Virus record (IMG/VR): IMGVR_UViG_3300045740_000163
Location: 22,391 to 86,390 of that record
Direction: 5' to 3' (one strand)
DNA length: 64,000 nucleotides
Origin: a virus
Shown: positions 55,693 through 64,000 of the stretch, one piece after another
Layout of the letters: every line of letters begins with the position of its first letter
How positions within the stretch are numbered: the first letter of the stretch is position 1
Notes under the pieces: generated by a model
Databases searched by the model: none
Told to the model about the DNA's origin: nothing
The model's input: only the letters and a program-made list of their open reading frames with translations
Translations under genes and position numbers: made by a program

Positions 55693-56013
55693 ATGGAAAT
55701 CACCAGAGAAATTAAAGACATTCGAGATGCTCTTAGAAGCATCGAAATTTCACTTCAGCTTCTTGTCGCCCAAAAAGACGGCAAAGTAACAACTGCTTTT
55801 GTATCTAAAAAAGCGATTAGTCAACGCTTGAATATCCCATCAGTCACAATCGATAAACTGATTCACCAAGGGATCGTCTCCCAGGGTGAGTCAGGTCTTG
55901 TGGAAGGAAAACACTATTGCAAAGTAGATCCTTCTGAGCGAAACTCATCTAAGTTTTTGTACGACCCGCACGCCATCCTGCAGGCCGCTTGGAGTAACTT
56001 TTCTTATGTCTAA
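55693..56013 (+). CDS. Probable HTH DNA-binding protein
   Basis: KKAISQRLNIPSVTI...EGKHY. Confidence 0.65.
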   Translation: MEITREIKDIRDALRSIEISLQLLVAQKDGKVTTAFVSKKAISQRLNIPSVTIDKLIHQGIVSQGESGLVEGKHYCKVDPSERNSSKFLYDPHAILQAAWSNFSYV

Positions 56014-56425
56014 TTTTTCTCGCGGCGCAACTGCCCTTGTTAAAAGTCTTTTCGGTGGTAACGAAACTGAGCGCATGATTAGCGCTGGTGTCGTACGCAC
56101 GATTCTGTCAGATATGACACGACTCTATTTTGAGAATCGTGCAGCCAGAGGCGACGGTATTCTTGTTTTTAATCCAGAGAACCCTGAGGCATCGAGATAC
56201 CTCACAAAGTCAGATCTTGAGAACGATCTAGCAGTAGCCCAAGAAGGTATGGATGAAAGAGCTGAAGCTCTGTTCAGCAAAGTTATTCGTGTGATTGAGA
56301 AAGAATCTGACTCAGACCTTGCTTTAATCGCGATGATTCAATCTAATGAAATCTGTGTACATCTAGTTGACCCTGTAGAGGCGAATAAGAAGATCGATGA
56401 ACTCTCAAGTAGTCTCTTACTCTGA
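56006..56425 (+). CDS. Hypothetical protein
   Basis: 139-aa coupled ORF. Confidence 0.65.
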   Translation: MSNFSRGATALVKSLFGGNETERMISAGVVRTILSDMTRLYFENRAARGDGILVFNPENPEASRYLTKSDLENDLAVAQEGMDERAEALFSKVIRVIEKESDSDLALIAMIQSNEICVHLVDPVEANKKIDELSSSLLL

Positions 56426-56984
56426 AGACGACTTTATTTCTCCTCCAGATCTTGCCGCTACCACAGCGGCTTTTTTTGGAGGATCGATAGATTTAGACCC
56501 GGCTTCAAGCGACGACGCTAATTTAATTATTCAAGCCGATAGGTTTTTTACCTGGCGCGAGAACGGACTTAAACAACCGTGGAAAGCAGATAGCGTCTAC
56601 TTGTTTCCTCCAAAAAGTACTCTTAACGGAGAGGAGCAGCCCAAAGATATAAGACTCTTTCAGAAAAATCTAAGGTTCAAAAAATCAGCACAGCGTGTTT
56701 GGCTTGAGCTCTGTTATAAGAAGTGGCTACGCAACGAATTCGGACACGCTGTAATATTTTTAACTTCTTCTGAAGTAGCTTTATTAGTCACTCAAAAGAT
56801 AGGTTTTGACTTTCCGCTCTGTGTTCTTGCAGAAAGACCTAAGCTCTTAAAAGAAAAAGACTTAAAGCCAGTAAAGGCTAAAGTGTTTGGTTTTGTTTAT
56901 TACTTACCTTCGCAGTTAAATTACGAAGATAGTATCAGAAGATTTACTGAACACTATAGTAGCTTGGGGAGGGTATATACCTAA
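56397..56984 (+). CDS. Phage Dam-like N6-adenine methyltransferase homolog with altered catalytic motif
   Basis: IDLDPASS..AN, NGL.QPW, VYLFPPK in place of NPPY. Confidence 0.7.
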   Translation: MNSQVVSYSEDDFISPPDLAATTAAFFGGSIDLDPASSDDANLIIQADRFFTWRENGLKQPWKADSVYLFPPKSTLNGEEQPKDIRLFQKNLRFKKSAQRVWLELCYKKWLRNEFGHAVIFLTSSEVALLVTQKIGFDFPLCVLAERPKLLKEKDLKPVKAKVFGFVYYLPSQLNYEDSIRRFTEHYSSLGRVYT

Positions 56985-57237
56985 TAGGGTCTTTAGTATC
57001 CCAAGAGTCATCTGGTCCGTAACTATCTTTCTCACCGAAACCTATGCCCACGGGGCGTACTGATTGGAGTCGTGTGCGTGATTCTTTCTCTTGTCTTCGT
57101 GCTCTATCTCTTGGTTCTACTCCAAAAATCTCACCAGCAAACCGATGAGAGCGAGGCTCTCGGTCAACGTGGTGCTGACGACGTTGACCAAAAGACTCAG
57201 CTCTTTTTTCGATTCCCAGCTTAGAGATACTCCTCAT
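56944..57237 (-). CDS. Small basic hypothetical protein
   Basis: RFAGEIFG motif; Arg-rich. Confidence 0.6.
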   Translation of the reverse strand: MRSISKLGIEKRAESFGQRRQHHVDREPRSHRFAGEIFGVEPRDRARRQEKESRTRLQSVRPVGIGFGEKDSYGPDDSWDTKDPIRYIPSPSYYSVQ

Positions 57238-57989
57238 TAAGCAAGCGTTCCGTAGTTCATAAGCCCTGCTACATCACCACTAGTGTTGTAATACCTACCT
57301 ACAGCGTCTGCTGTTCCTCGGTTGCCGTAAATAAACTTAGAGGCTTGTGGACCGCTGTAATCCATCATCATTCCATATTGGGATGCAATCTCAGGTGCAG
57401 TCCAATCGGCAGCTTTTCGAATAGATCCAACATCCATAGATACCACGGCGGGATCGAGTGCTAATTTCTCGTAACCACCCAAACGATTAGCTAAGGAGTA
57501 TTGGTTTTGAATGTCATCAATTCGTGTATTAAGCAAGTTGTATTGTTTTGAGATATCAGGATCCATAGTTAAATCACTACGGCCCTGAGCAACAACATCT
57601 TTTACAGTGTTTGCAAACGCATCGTAATACTTGTTTAAAGCTTCCTCGCCAGTCATACCGGTCAAGGCAGGATAAATATTTGCAATACGCTCATCAATTT
57701 TTCTTGTAGTTCTTTTACTCATCTTATTCAGTTGTTTTACAGAGGCCTGAGTATCAATACCAGCAGTACCAGGACTAAATAAGTTACCAACAGTTCCAGC
57801 TAAACGAAATACATTAGACAGACCACCTAAAGCTCCTAAAAAATCTCCGCCGCCACCACCACCTAAAGCACCTGTGCCACTGAGGTTACCCAGAACAGAC
57901 TCAGAGCCTGGAATAGACTCAGTGCCAAAAGGTCCACTCGGTGCTTGAGTTGTAGACCAGTCGTAATTTGAGGGCAGTGAGACAGACAT
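57237..57989 (-). CDS. Probable internal virion/ejection protein
   Basis: Gly-rich amphipathic N-terminus then helical region; downstream of virion lysozyme. Confidence 0.7.
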   Translation of the reverse strand: MSVSLPSNYDWSTTQAPSGPFGTESIPGSESVLGNLSGTGALGGGGGGDFLGALGGLSNVFRLAGTVGNLFSPGTAGIDTQASVKQLNKMSKRTTRKIDERIANIYPALTGMTGEEALNKYYDAFANTVKDVVAQGRSDLTMDPDISKQYNLLNTRIDDIQNQYSLANRLGGYEKLALDPAVVSMDVGSIRKAADWTAPEIASQYGMMMDYSGPQASKFIYGNRGTADAVGRYYNTSGDVAGLMNYGTLA

Positions 57990-58013
57990 GACTTTGAATT
58001 CGAGAAGTACTAC

Positions 58014-58307
58014 TTAGATTACAGACTGAGGAGTCTGAAAAGACCGCATAGCCAGAGCTAGTAAGTTCTGCATATTGTTTTGCGTTTGATTCGTATAAGG
58101 TCCCCTTTGGTAAGCACCAGCATCTGTGCGAGCAAAGCCTCCTGTTCGACTATCGAGAAGACCACGGCCAAATCCTTCAAGTAAACTTCCAATACCTTCG
58201 CTAGTACTAGGCCCTCCGAAAAAGTCGCCGGTATATCCTGACCCAACATCCCTATAACTAGGGACATTAGGCCCAAACCCAATAGCTCCTCCTAAGAACG
58301 AATCCAC
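58014..58307 (-). CDS. Gly-rich probable virion protein
   Basis: GTG at 58307 after AAGGAG; ends RSFQTPQSVI. Confidence 0.6.
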   Translation of the reverse strand: MDSFLGGAIGFGPNVPSYRDVGSGYTGDFFGGPSTSEGIGSLLEGFGRGLLDSRTGGFARTDAGAYQRGPYTNQTQNNMQNLLALAMRSFQTPQSVI

Positions 58308-58338
58308 AAACTTAAAAGCTCCTTTATCGATTATACGT

Positions 58339-59208
58339 TTAAATAACTGAGTTAGGAGCAGTAAAAGCACTGAGAGCCTGAGCCAGTAACTCAGTCTTTG
58401 CCTGCTCCATAGCTGCTTGATTCCGCTGAAGCTGTACTGCAGCCTCAGCTTGAGCTAAATCTTCTACGTCTTTCCGCTGTTGGCTGGATTTATATAAATC
58501 AACTAACAACTCTGAAGCTGGATCAGTCGCAGAACCACTTTCTGAGTAATCAATAAGGTCTGGCCTGCTCAATGAAGATTGAGGACCCATTCGCTGGAGA
58601 GCACCTGTAATACCAAGCAAATCAATAAACTTATTTAAAAACCCTAGATTAGTTTCTTGCTTACCTGTTGTAGGTGCAGCAGGTTGTGATGCCGTCTGTG
58701 CTGCTCGGCGTGCACCTTCATCAAACCACGCGGAAACCTGAGATGCTCGTTTAACGGGTTGCCCATAGGCACTCGCGCCAGTAGCAGTAGGGATCGAAGC
58801 CCACTCAGGAGATAGATAAGCTTGAAGCCGTGGTGAGAGAGTACCTTCTTTAGTGAGTGCAGCAAGACCGCCGGCAGGCATTAAACGCTGCCGAACTTTA
58901 TATAACATCGCCAAGTCTTGACTTGCTGGGCTGAAATCTTTCAGACCTAACGCACGAGCAGCTTCTGCATAAGTTTCAGGCATGAACTGGTAAGCACCAG
59001 CAGCTGCGCTCGAATAACCTGGTGTGCGAACTACTTTGTCTGGATGCCTTGAATAATCGCTGAACTTACCGCCGCCAAATAAAATGTCGTAACCAGGTTG
59101 GTTAGCTCGCCAAGTACCCTCGGCACGACTAAGAGCCTGCTGCAGACCTCTAAAAAGACCTGGATTTTGCTGACGCCAAGCTTCTAGTTGAGCCCTGGTT
59201 TGAGACAT
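58339..59208 (-). CDS. Virion-associated lambda-R-like lysozyme/transglycosylase with helical C-terminal extension
   Basis: AEGT...YDILFGG...HP...SAAAGAYQF...DFSPASQD...EWAS.P...YGQP. Confidence 0.88.
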   Translation of the reverse strand: MSQTRAQLEAWRQQNPGLFRGLQQALSRAEGTWRANQPGYDILFGGGKFSDYSRHPDKVVRTPGYSSAAAGAYQFMPETYAEAARALGLKDFSPASQDLAMLYKVRQRLMPAGGLAALTKEGTLSPRLQAYLSPEWASIPTATGASAYGQPVKRASQVSAWFDEGARRAAQTASQPAAPTTGKQETNLGFLNKFIDLLGITGALQRMGPQSSLSRPDLIDYSESGSATDPASELLVDLYKSSQQRKDVEDLAQAEAAVQLQRNQAAMEQAKTELLAQALSAFTAPNSVI

Positions 59209-59239
59209 CGTATTTATAAAGTTTTCGGTACTCTCTAAT

Positions 59240-59479
59240 TTAATCCGTCTCGTAGCCTGAGTCGTCGAAAATATCAACGTTAGTATCTATAGCCACGCCG
59301 ATTTCCTCCATAACTGATTTGTAAGCCCTCTCTCGGCACACAAATCTAAAAATTGTTTTCCACAAATACTGGTCCCTGGCTTCCCCTTTAAGAGAATGAG
59401 CAACATTTTTAAGACGAGTCAAGGTGAAATCATCTTCAAGAGTCAGACCGACTCGGATGTGCTCATGCTCGTCTTTCAC
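59240..59479 (-). CDS. nblA: Second NblA-like protein
   Basis: LTLEDDFTL.R...AHSL..E.RDQYL......RERAYKSVM matches the NblA helix-loop-helix pattern. Confidence 0.55.
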   Translation of the reverse strand: MKDEHEHIRVGLTLEDDFTLTRLKNVAHSLKGEARDQYLWKTIFRFVCRERAYKSVMEEIGVAIDTNVDIFDDSGYETD

Positions 59480-59533
59480 CGTTCGATGTGCATCTTCTAA
59501 GAGTCTAAATCAATTTATTATTTGACATCAAGT

Positions 59534-59782
59534 TTACCAAGACTTACAGGCCCAGTAACGTGCTTTGAGCTTACTTCCAGGGTTGTCACAGTTATGACGT
59601 GCTCTAAAGTTCTCTCTACGCTCAGGGATGTGCTTCTTGATCGTCATGTTTGGGTCACCAAACCGCACTAAGCGCACTTGATCACCCTCCTTTGCTGCAA
59701 CAGCAAACTTCTTGCCTCCGTCTGAGTCGCGACGAGGTTGGTTGTACCCTTTAAAAACTTCTCCTGCGATCCTGATAGCCAC
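59534..59782 (-). CDS. Small basic phage protein
   Basis: KKFAV...LVRFGDPNM...RRENFRARH.C...ARYWAC. Confidence 0.75.
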   Translation of the reverse strand: MAIRIAGEVFKGYNQPRRDSDGGKKFAVAAKEGDQVRLVRFGDPNMTIKKHIPERRENFRARHNCDNPGSKLKARYWACKSW

Positions 59783-59917
59783 GGCTCTGGTCCAGTGCGT
59801 CTCCTCAGTCTACCCGGTTCAAACCTAAAATTAACCTTAAGACAAGATTCACAGATTCACTTTATGAAGATTCCTGCTAACCTTTTCGCGTTGTCTTCAT
59901 TCACAACGCCACATTAA

Positions 59918-60169
59918 ATGGAATCCGCAAGGCTCTTGACCATCGCCCAGACCGCTGAGCTGCTGAACTGCTCTGCAGGCTTTGTACGTAAGCGTATCTC
60001 TCTGACCGAGTCCAACCAGCCCGGCGGCTGGCCCAAGGGTATTTTCGTGAACCTTCAGCCCAACGGCGCCAAGTCGCTGTATCGCATTAATAAGGATGCT
60101 CTTGAGGCTTACCTTAACTCTGCAGAAGAAGAGGCTAAAGTAGAAGAAAGTGCTGCTTGCGCTGTCTGA
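59918..60169 (+). CDS. Excisionase-like (HTH_17/MerR-fold) DNA-binding protein
   Basis: LLTIAQTAELLNCS...YRINKDALEAYL. Confidence 0.8.
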   Translation: MESARLLTIAQTAELLNCSAGFVRKRISLTESNQPGGWPKGIFVNLQPNGAKSLYRINKDALEAYLNSAEEEAKVEESAACAV

Positions 60170-60178
60170 TTGCTGACG

Positions 60179-60721
60179 ATGAACACCTCCTCTTTAGCTA
60201 ACATCTTTCAAAACGCCGCTCAGGCGCCGACTCAAGAAGTCGTTAAAGAGGAGGTGATTATTACAAAGGAGGCCACGCCTGATAACCTCGTTTATCGGAT
60301 GGTCTCCTTTGCCTCTTATTTATATCAACTGAACATACAAGCGCACTTACTGCACCTAAATATCGAGTGTTCTAACTTTTTAGCTGTTCATGAGTTCTTG
60401 AAAGAACAGTATGAGCAGCATATTGGTGACTTCGACACCATGGCTGAACTAGTCCGCAGCATGGACTATCTGATGCCGATGTGCCAGTGCGGCCTTATGG
60501 ACGCCTTTAAAAAGTTCCCATCAGTCAAGACTTACGACGCCCGCGAAGGTTTAACTCTCTACACCAAGAATCTTGAAGCCGGCGCGATGATGGCTAAAGA
60601 TCTCACGGAAGCTGCACGGGAAACCGGAGCACCAGATGTAGAAAACTTCGCAGCTACCGTTTGCGGGAACCTATTCAAAGGTGCCTGGATGTTAAAGGCC
60701 ACACTCCGTGGCTCTATGTGA
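60179..60721 (+). CDS. dps: Dps/ferritin-like protein
   Basis: HLNIECSNFLAVHEFLKEQY...D..AE; AWML C-terminus. Confidence 0.8.
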   Translation: MNTSSLANIFQNAAQAPTQEVVKEEVIITKEATPDNLVYRMVSFASYLYQLNIQAHLLHLNIECSNFLAVHEFLKEQYEQHIGDFDTMAELVRSMDYLMPMCQCGLMDAFKKFPSVKTYDAREGLTLYTKNLEAGAMMAKDLTEAARETGAPDVENFAATVCGNLFKGAWMLKATLRGSM

Positions 60722-61226
60722 GAATCCAGCCGCCGTTAGCTGAAACATATAAGCCACTTGCACCGGCATTTAAGTAAACGAGGCCGCCTGTATAAGCAGC
60801 AGGAAGCGACGTAACCACATCAATACCGCTAGCTACAACTGCAGAATTAGCAACTGTAGCTGTGTTAGCGGACAAAGCTGTAGTTGCTGTGTTTGCTGTT
60901 GTCGCAGAGTCAGCGAAACCAGCACCTACTTTTTGCCACGCTGCTCCTGTCCAAACACGTAAGTAATAACTTGCAGTAGACGAATCAACCCATGTTTCTC
61001 CTACAGAGTTACCAGGAGACCCAACTGGGCTTGAGTTAGGTGCGGTTGTCCCGTAATGATTCGAACCGAACTTACGAATCGATCCAGCGGAATCTTTGAA
61101 GTAAAGGCCAGGGTCTGCGGAGCCGAAGCTCATCGCAGCTTCCCCTGCCTGAACCGTGGAACTATTGGGGCGGTCAGAAGAATTACCACTCCGTTTTTGG
61201 AGAAGAATTACAGGAGTCGAAGCCAT
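60714..61226 (-). CDS. Tail structural protein
   Basis: KRS...RP....GE.A, LYFKD, GETWVD...VWTGAAW; A.TA repeats. Confidence 0.75.
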   Translation of the reverse strand: MASTPVILLQKRSGNSSDRPNSSTVQAGEAAMSFGSADPGLYFKDSAGSIRKFGSNHYGTTAPNSSPVGSPGNSVGETWVDSSTASYYLRVWTGAAWQKVGAGFADSATTANTATTALSANTATVANSAVVASGIDVVTSLPAAYTGGLVYLNAGASGLYVSANGGWILT

Positions 61227-62770
61227 TAGTAAACGCCGCCGTTTATCAAAGAAGGATAAGAGGGGTATGGAATTAGAGCACCATTTGAGTATTGGCCGCC
61301 GTCATAAACTAACGTAGCCCCACTTACCAGTACACCATTATTGTATGTACCGCCATCTACCTTAGGTGTTACAGCAGGATCAGGCGGAGCGAAAGGGTCG
61401 TATTGATCGATAGTAAACATTTCAAAACCACTTGCTGTCATAGCAGTGGAAGTGCCTGAAGCAAGCGTGTCAAAATTTAGAGTTTTGACCATAGTAGGGT
61501 GCATATCAGGATACATCATGTGTACCGGCACCGTATTCTTGGAAGGAGAATATTTCTCCCACCAACGGAGATGCTTCTGCCGCTTTTCAAATGTTGTTTG
61601 CTTGGCGAGATTTAAATCAAATTCTTCTCTGTACCTATCGTCCATAGGCTCGTCAGTTGGTTGAGCGAGCCACGCTTCGGGGAACATGTCCGTACCAAAA
61701 CGGTTTTGCATATCCCAGAAGGACGCATAAATATGTTTACACCACCTAGGAGCAAAATAGATTAAATTAGGATCTGAATAAGATTTACTGCCATCTGTAT
61801 AACTAGGCAAGTTCAACAAGCGTTTAACATATAGAAAACCAAAGTCACGAGTAAAACCTGGAAAATCTCTTGTACTCTCGGTTCGCGAAGGTAGGAAATC
61901 TTGACCTGCGTCATACAAACCAGGCTTTAAATCTTGAGGAAGAGTGTACGGATATTTTCTTTTCAAGCTGTATTCATACAAATTAAAGTCTTCACGAGCT
62001 AAATAATCAGGGCAGTTACAACCGAACCGCATCTCAGTTGTAAAGTAATCACCTGGTGTAGGTAGAGAAGCAGGAGCCGATAAGGTTTCATTGTTTATAG
62101 TTGACCAACTATTATTAGTGTCAAGAGAAATAAAGATACTGTTAAAAACAGGAGCAAAACTAGGAGTCAGCGGAGTCGTGCCATTACCCACGCCGACGAC
62201 GACATAGTTGTTGTACGTTGTCTTTTCGGTTCCGTCAGAAGCAAACCGATCTGAAAGAATCTCGCCAGTAAAGAACGATATAGGAGGGCCGAAGTTACTC
62301 GATAACTCAACGGCATAAACAGTCCCACTAGTTTGGGTAACAGACTTTATTGAATATCCAAAATCAAGGAAGTTAAACGAATCGCGTGGCCGTACAGCAA
62401 CCATCCGCATGGCCATGTCCTGGCTCATGGATGGGTACATGTAACAAACACCAGGGAGAGCCGCCCCTACGCCGACCTTTCCTGTAGTCCAATAGCGAAA
62501 AGAATAATTTAAACCTACGTATGCTTGATTAGCATACATATACAGTTCATAACCTCTACGCCACCTAGTCCACATAGAGGCGTAATTATAGTCATATAAA
62601 ATGCTGAAGTCTTTTAAATTAAAGTCAGGTCTAAACTTTCGTTTAAACGGCATCGGCGTTGATAGCTGATGCTCTGAACTGACGCCTTGAAAAGACGAAA
62701 ATTTAAACTTAGATTTCTTTGGCTGGTGGTTATGCCAGCCAAAGTCATCTGACCCTTTTCGCCTGGCCAC
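61226..62770 (-). CDS. Hypothetical protein with split SWIM-type Zn motif
   Basis: CNCPDY ... WCKHIYA; DGG.Y repeats at C-terminus. Confidence 0.75.
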   Translation of the reverse strand: MARRKGSDDFGWHNHQPKKSKFKFSSFQGVSSEHQLSTPMPFKRKFRPDFNLKDFSILYDYNYASMWTRWRRGYELYMYANQAYVGLNYSFRYWTTGKVGVGAALPGVCYMYPSMSQDMAMRMVAVRPRDSFNFLDFGYSIKSVTQTSGTVYAVELSSNFGPPISFFTGEILSDRFASDGTEKTTYNNYVVVGVGNGTTPLTPSFAPVFNSIFISLDTNNSWSTINNETLSAPASLPTPGDYFTTEMRFGCNCPDYLAREDFNLYEYSLKRKYPYTLPQDLKPGLYDAGQDFLPSRTESTRDFPGFTRDFGFLYVKRLLNLPSYTDGSKSYSDPNLIYFAPRWCKHIYASFWDMQNRFGTDMFPEAWLAQPTDEPMDDRYREEFDLNLAKQTTFEKRQKHLRWWEKYSPSKNTVPVHMMYPDMHPTMVKTLNFDTLASGTSTAMTASGFEMFTIDQYDPFAPPDPAVTPKVDGGTYNNGVLVSGATLVYDGGQYSNGALIPYPSYPSLINGGVY

Positions 62771-62773
62771 GGT

Positions 62774-63331
62774 TTAATAGAAACCGCCCTGCGCAAACAC
62801 CGAAACCCCGGAAACACTTAAGCCACCAGAGACGGCTGCGGGCCCGTTTCCAAGATAACCAATGCAAAGAATATAACCTTTCTCTAAGTACATCGCCTCA
62901 GATTTACCGCGCTCAATCGGGTAAACCAAGCTTGTATCACCTGTTTGCGGCGTGGGCGCCACGGTAGCCGGGAGCTCGATTCGTTGAATCAAGCCTTCAG
63001 TGTCGCCAGATAGGCCGACTTCAAACTTACTGACAAGAAGTGCAGCAGAAGTAGAAGGAGCAGCTTGGTTTGGTGCATACACATACACGCCAAACGCTGC
63101 CGACCGCACACCTCCGCGATTGGGGTAGCCCTCATTAGAGACTACAAAAATATCCTCGACTAGCGCTCCGTCCTCAGAAGGAAGATCGCCCACACGGACA
63201 AGCTGAATCAAATCCCCGAAATCAGGATTGCTTGCGTCAGCAATTACAGTGGTGCCGTTGTTGATCTTTGCGCCCCTAAAAAAGGGACGATCCACCATCA
63301 GGGGCTGCTTGTTTGTGGAAGTACTAGACAC
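62774..63331 (-). CDS. Probable virion structural protein
   Basis: TSTNKQPLMVDRP start; beta-rich; AQGGFY end. Confidence 0.7.
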   Translation of the reverse strand: MSSTSTNKQPLMVDRPFFRGAKINNGTTVIADASNPDFGDLIQLVRVGDLPSEDGALVEDIFVVSNEGYPNRGGVRSAAFGVYVYAPNQAAPSTSAALLVSKFEVGLSGDTEGLIQRIELPATVAPTPQTGDTSLVYPIERGKSEAMYLEKGYILCIGYLGNGPAAVSGGLSVSGVSVFAQGGFY

Positions 63332-63362
63332 GGATAGTGCTCTCTATGAGATTGACAGGTTG

Positions 63363-63917
63363 TCAGCGTGCCGGTGTGGCGGCGGTTGGAGGAGTTAACG
63401 GCTCCTGGGCCGGAGCACCGAAGTTAAACTCTCCGGTCTTCAGCGCTTTAAGCGCATCTTCAAAAGGTATCTTATTAGCTCGTACGCCTTCCAGGATCAA
63501 CTGGCGCTCTAAATCTTTTTGACTAGCTGCTTCACGATCCGCACGAGCTTGGATCGCCTCTTGCTCGTTACGCTTCATCATCTGCTCATACACCTTAAAG
63601 ATGAGAGCGTCACCAGCCATCCGGGCATCCTGAGGGCTACGACCTGGCAGAGGCAAGCCTTGGTAACCCCGCTTGAAGCTTAAGGCGACCTCAGCTACGG
63701 GAAGGAGGGCTCCAGCAATATCGTTGATCGTTTTGACCAGCCCACCGGGTGCGTTGCCCGGCGTGGAACCCATGGATACACCGTAAGCGTCTCCACTTTG
63801 AGGCTGAGTTAAACCAGCAGCAGCGGAGTCAGCTTCAGAACGAGTTGGGAAAAAATAAGGCACACGCTCGCCACCAGAGTAAGCGTAACTCGCTGGTGCC
63901 ATTGAAGGGCCGTTCAT
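63363..63917 (-). CDS. Hypothetical protein
   Basis: 184-aa ORF; RMAGDALI motif. Confidence 0.65.
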   Translation of the reverse strand: MNGPSMAPASYAYSGGERVPYFFPTRSEADSAAAGLTQPQSGDAYGVSMGSTPGNAPGGLVKTINDIAGALLPVAEVALSFKRGYQGLPLPGRSPQDARMAGDALIFKVYEQMMKRNEQEAIQARADREAASQKDLERQLILEGVRANKIPFEDALKALKTGEFNFGAPAQEPLTPPTAATPAR

Positions 63918-64000
63918 ACGCTTACTCTAAACGCCTCAAATCCTGCAATTATTTTACTATCAATATCCAGCGTACATCGCAGCACGAGGCGCTTGTTGCT

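Noticed and set aside
59918-60169. Lysogeny module implied by the excisionase-like gene
   Set aside because: No integrase, repressor pair or att-like tRNA duplication found; this fold is common in lytic phages.
293-63522. Numerous 60-140 aa antisense or nested ORFs in the ORF track
   Set aside because: They lie within longer motif-bearing genes in another frame or strand and show no independent signals.

Overview
A 64-kb stretch of a tailed dsDNA phage genome. Two NblA-like genes, a DUF4278-like gene with an NtcA box and a cyanobacterial-type boxA point to a picocyanobacterial (Synechococcus/Cyanobium-type) host. The gene set (PolA, primase-SF3 helicase, PD-(D/E)XK nuclease, ThyX, dCTP deaminase, Dps, lysozymes) recalls S-EIV1-like freshwater cyanophages, which is inference from memory and not a database result. 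Layout: 1-8.9 kb mixed late/unknown genes plus an atypical tRNA-like gene; 8.96-10.37 kb a non-coding control region (tRNA-CAT, 62-nt perfect purine/pyrimidine alternation, promoter, rrn-like boxB/boxA and about 950 nt of densely base-paired sequence, the best candidate for an undescribed large ncRNA system); 10.4-19 kb early small genes with repeated intergenic modules and an SH3/L,D-transpeptidase envelope cluster; 19.3-23.8 kb MoxR/RavA AAA+ and VWA operon; 25-36 kb replication; 36.8-38.4 kb GC-rich paralog island; 38.4-53.6 kb minus-strand nucleotide metabolism, lysis and tail genes; 54-64 kb regulators, a degenerate methyltransferase, virion lysozyme, Dps and tail proteins. No capsid, portal, terminase, integrase or CRISPR array was recognised. 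All family calls come from motifs read by eye.
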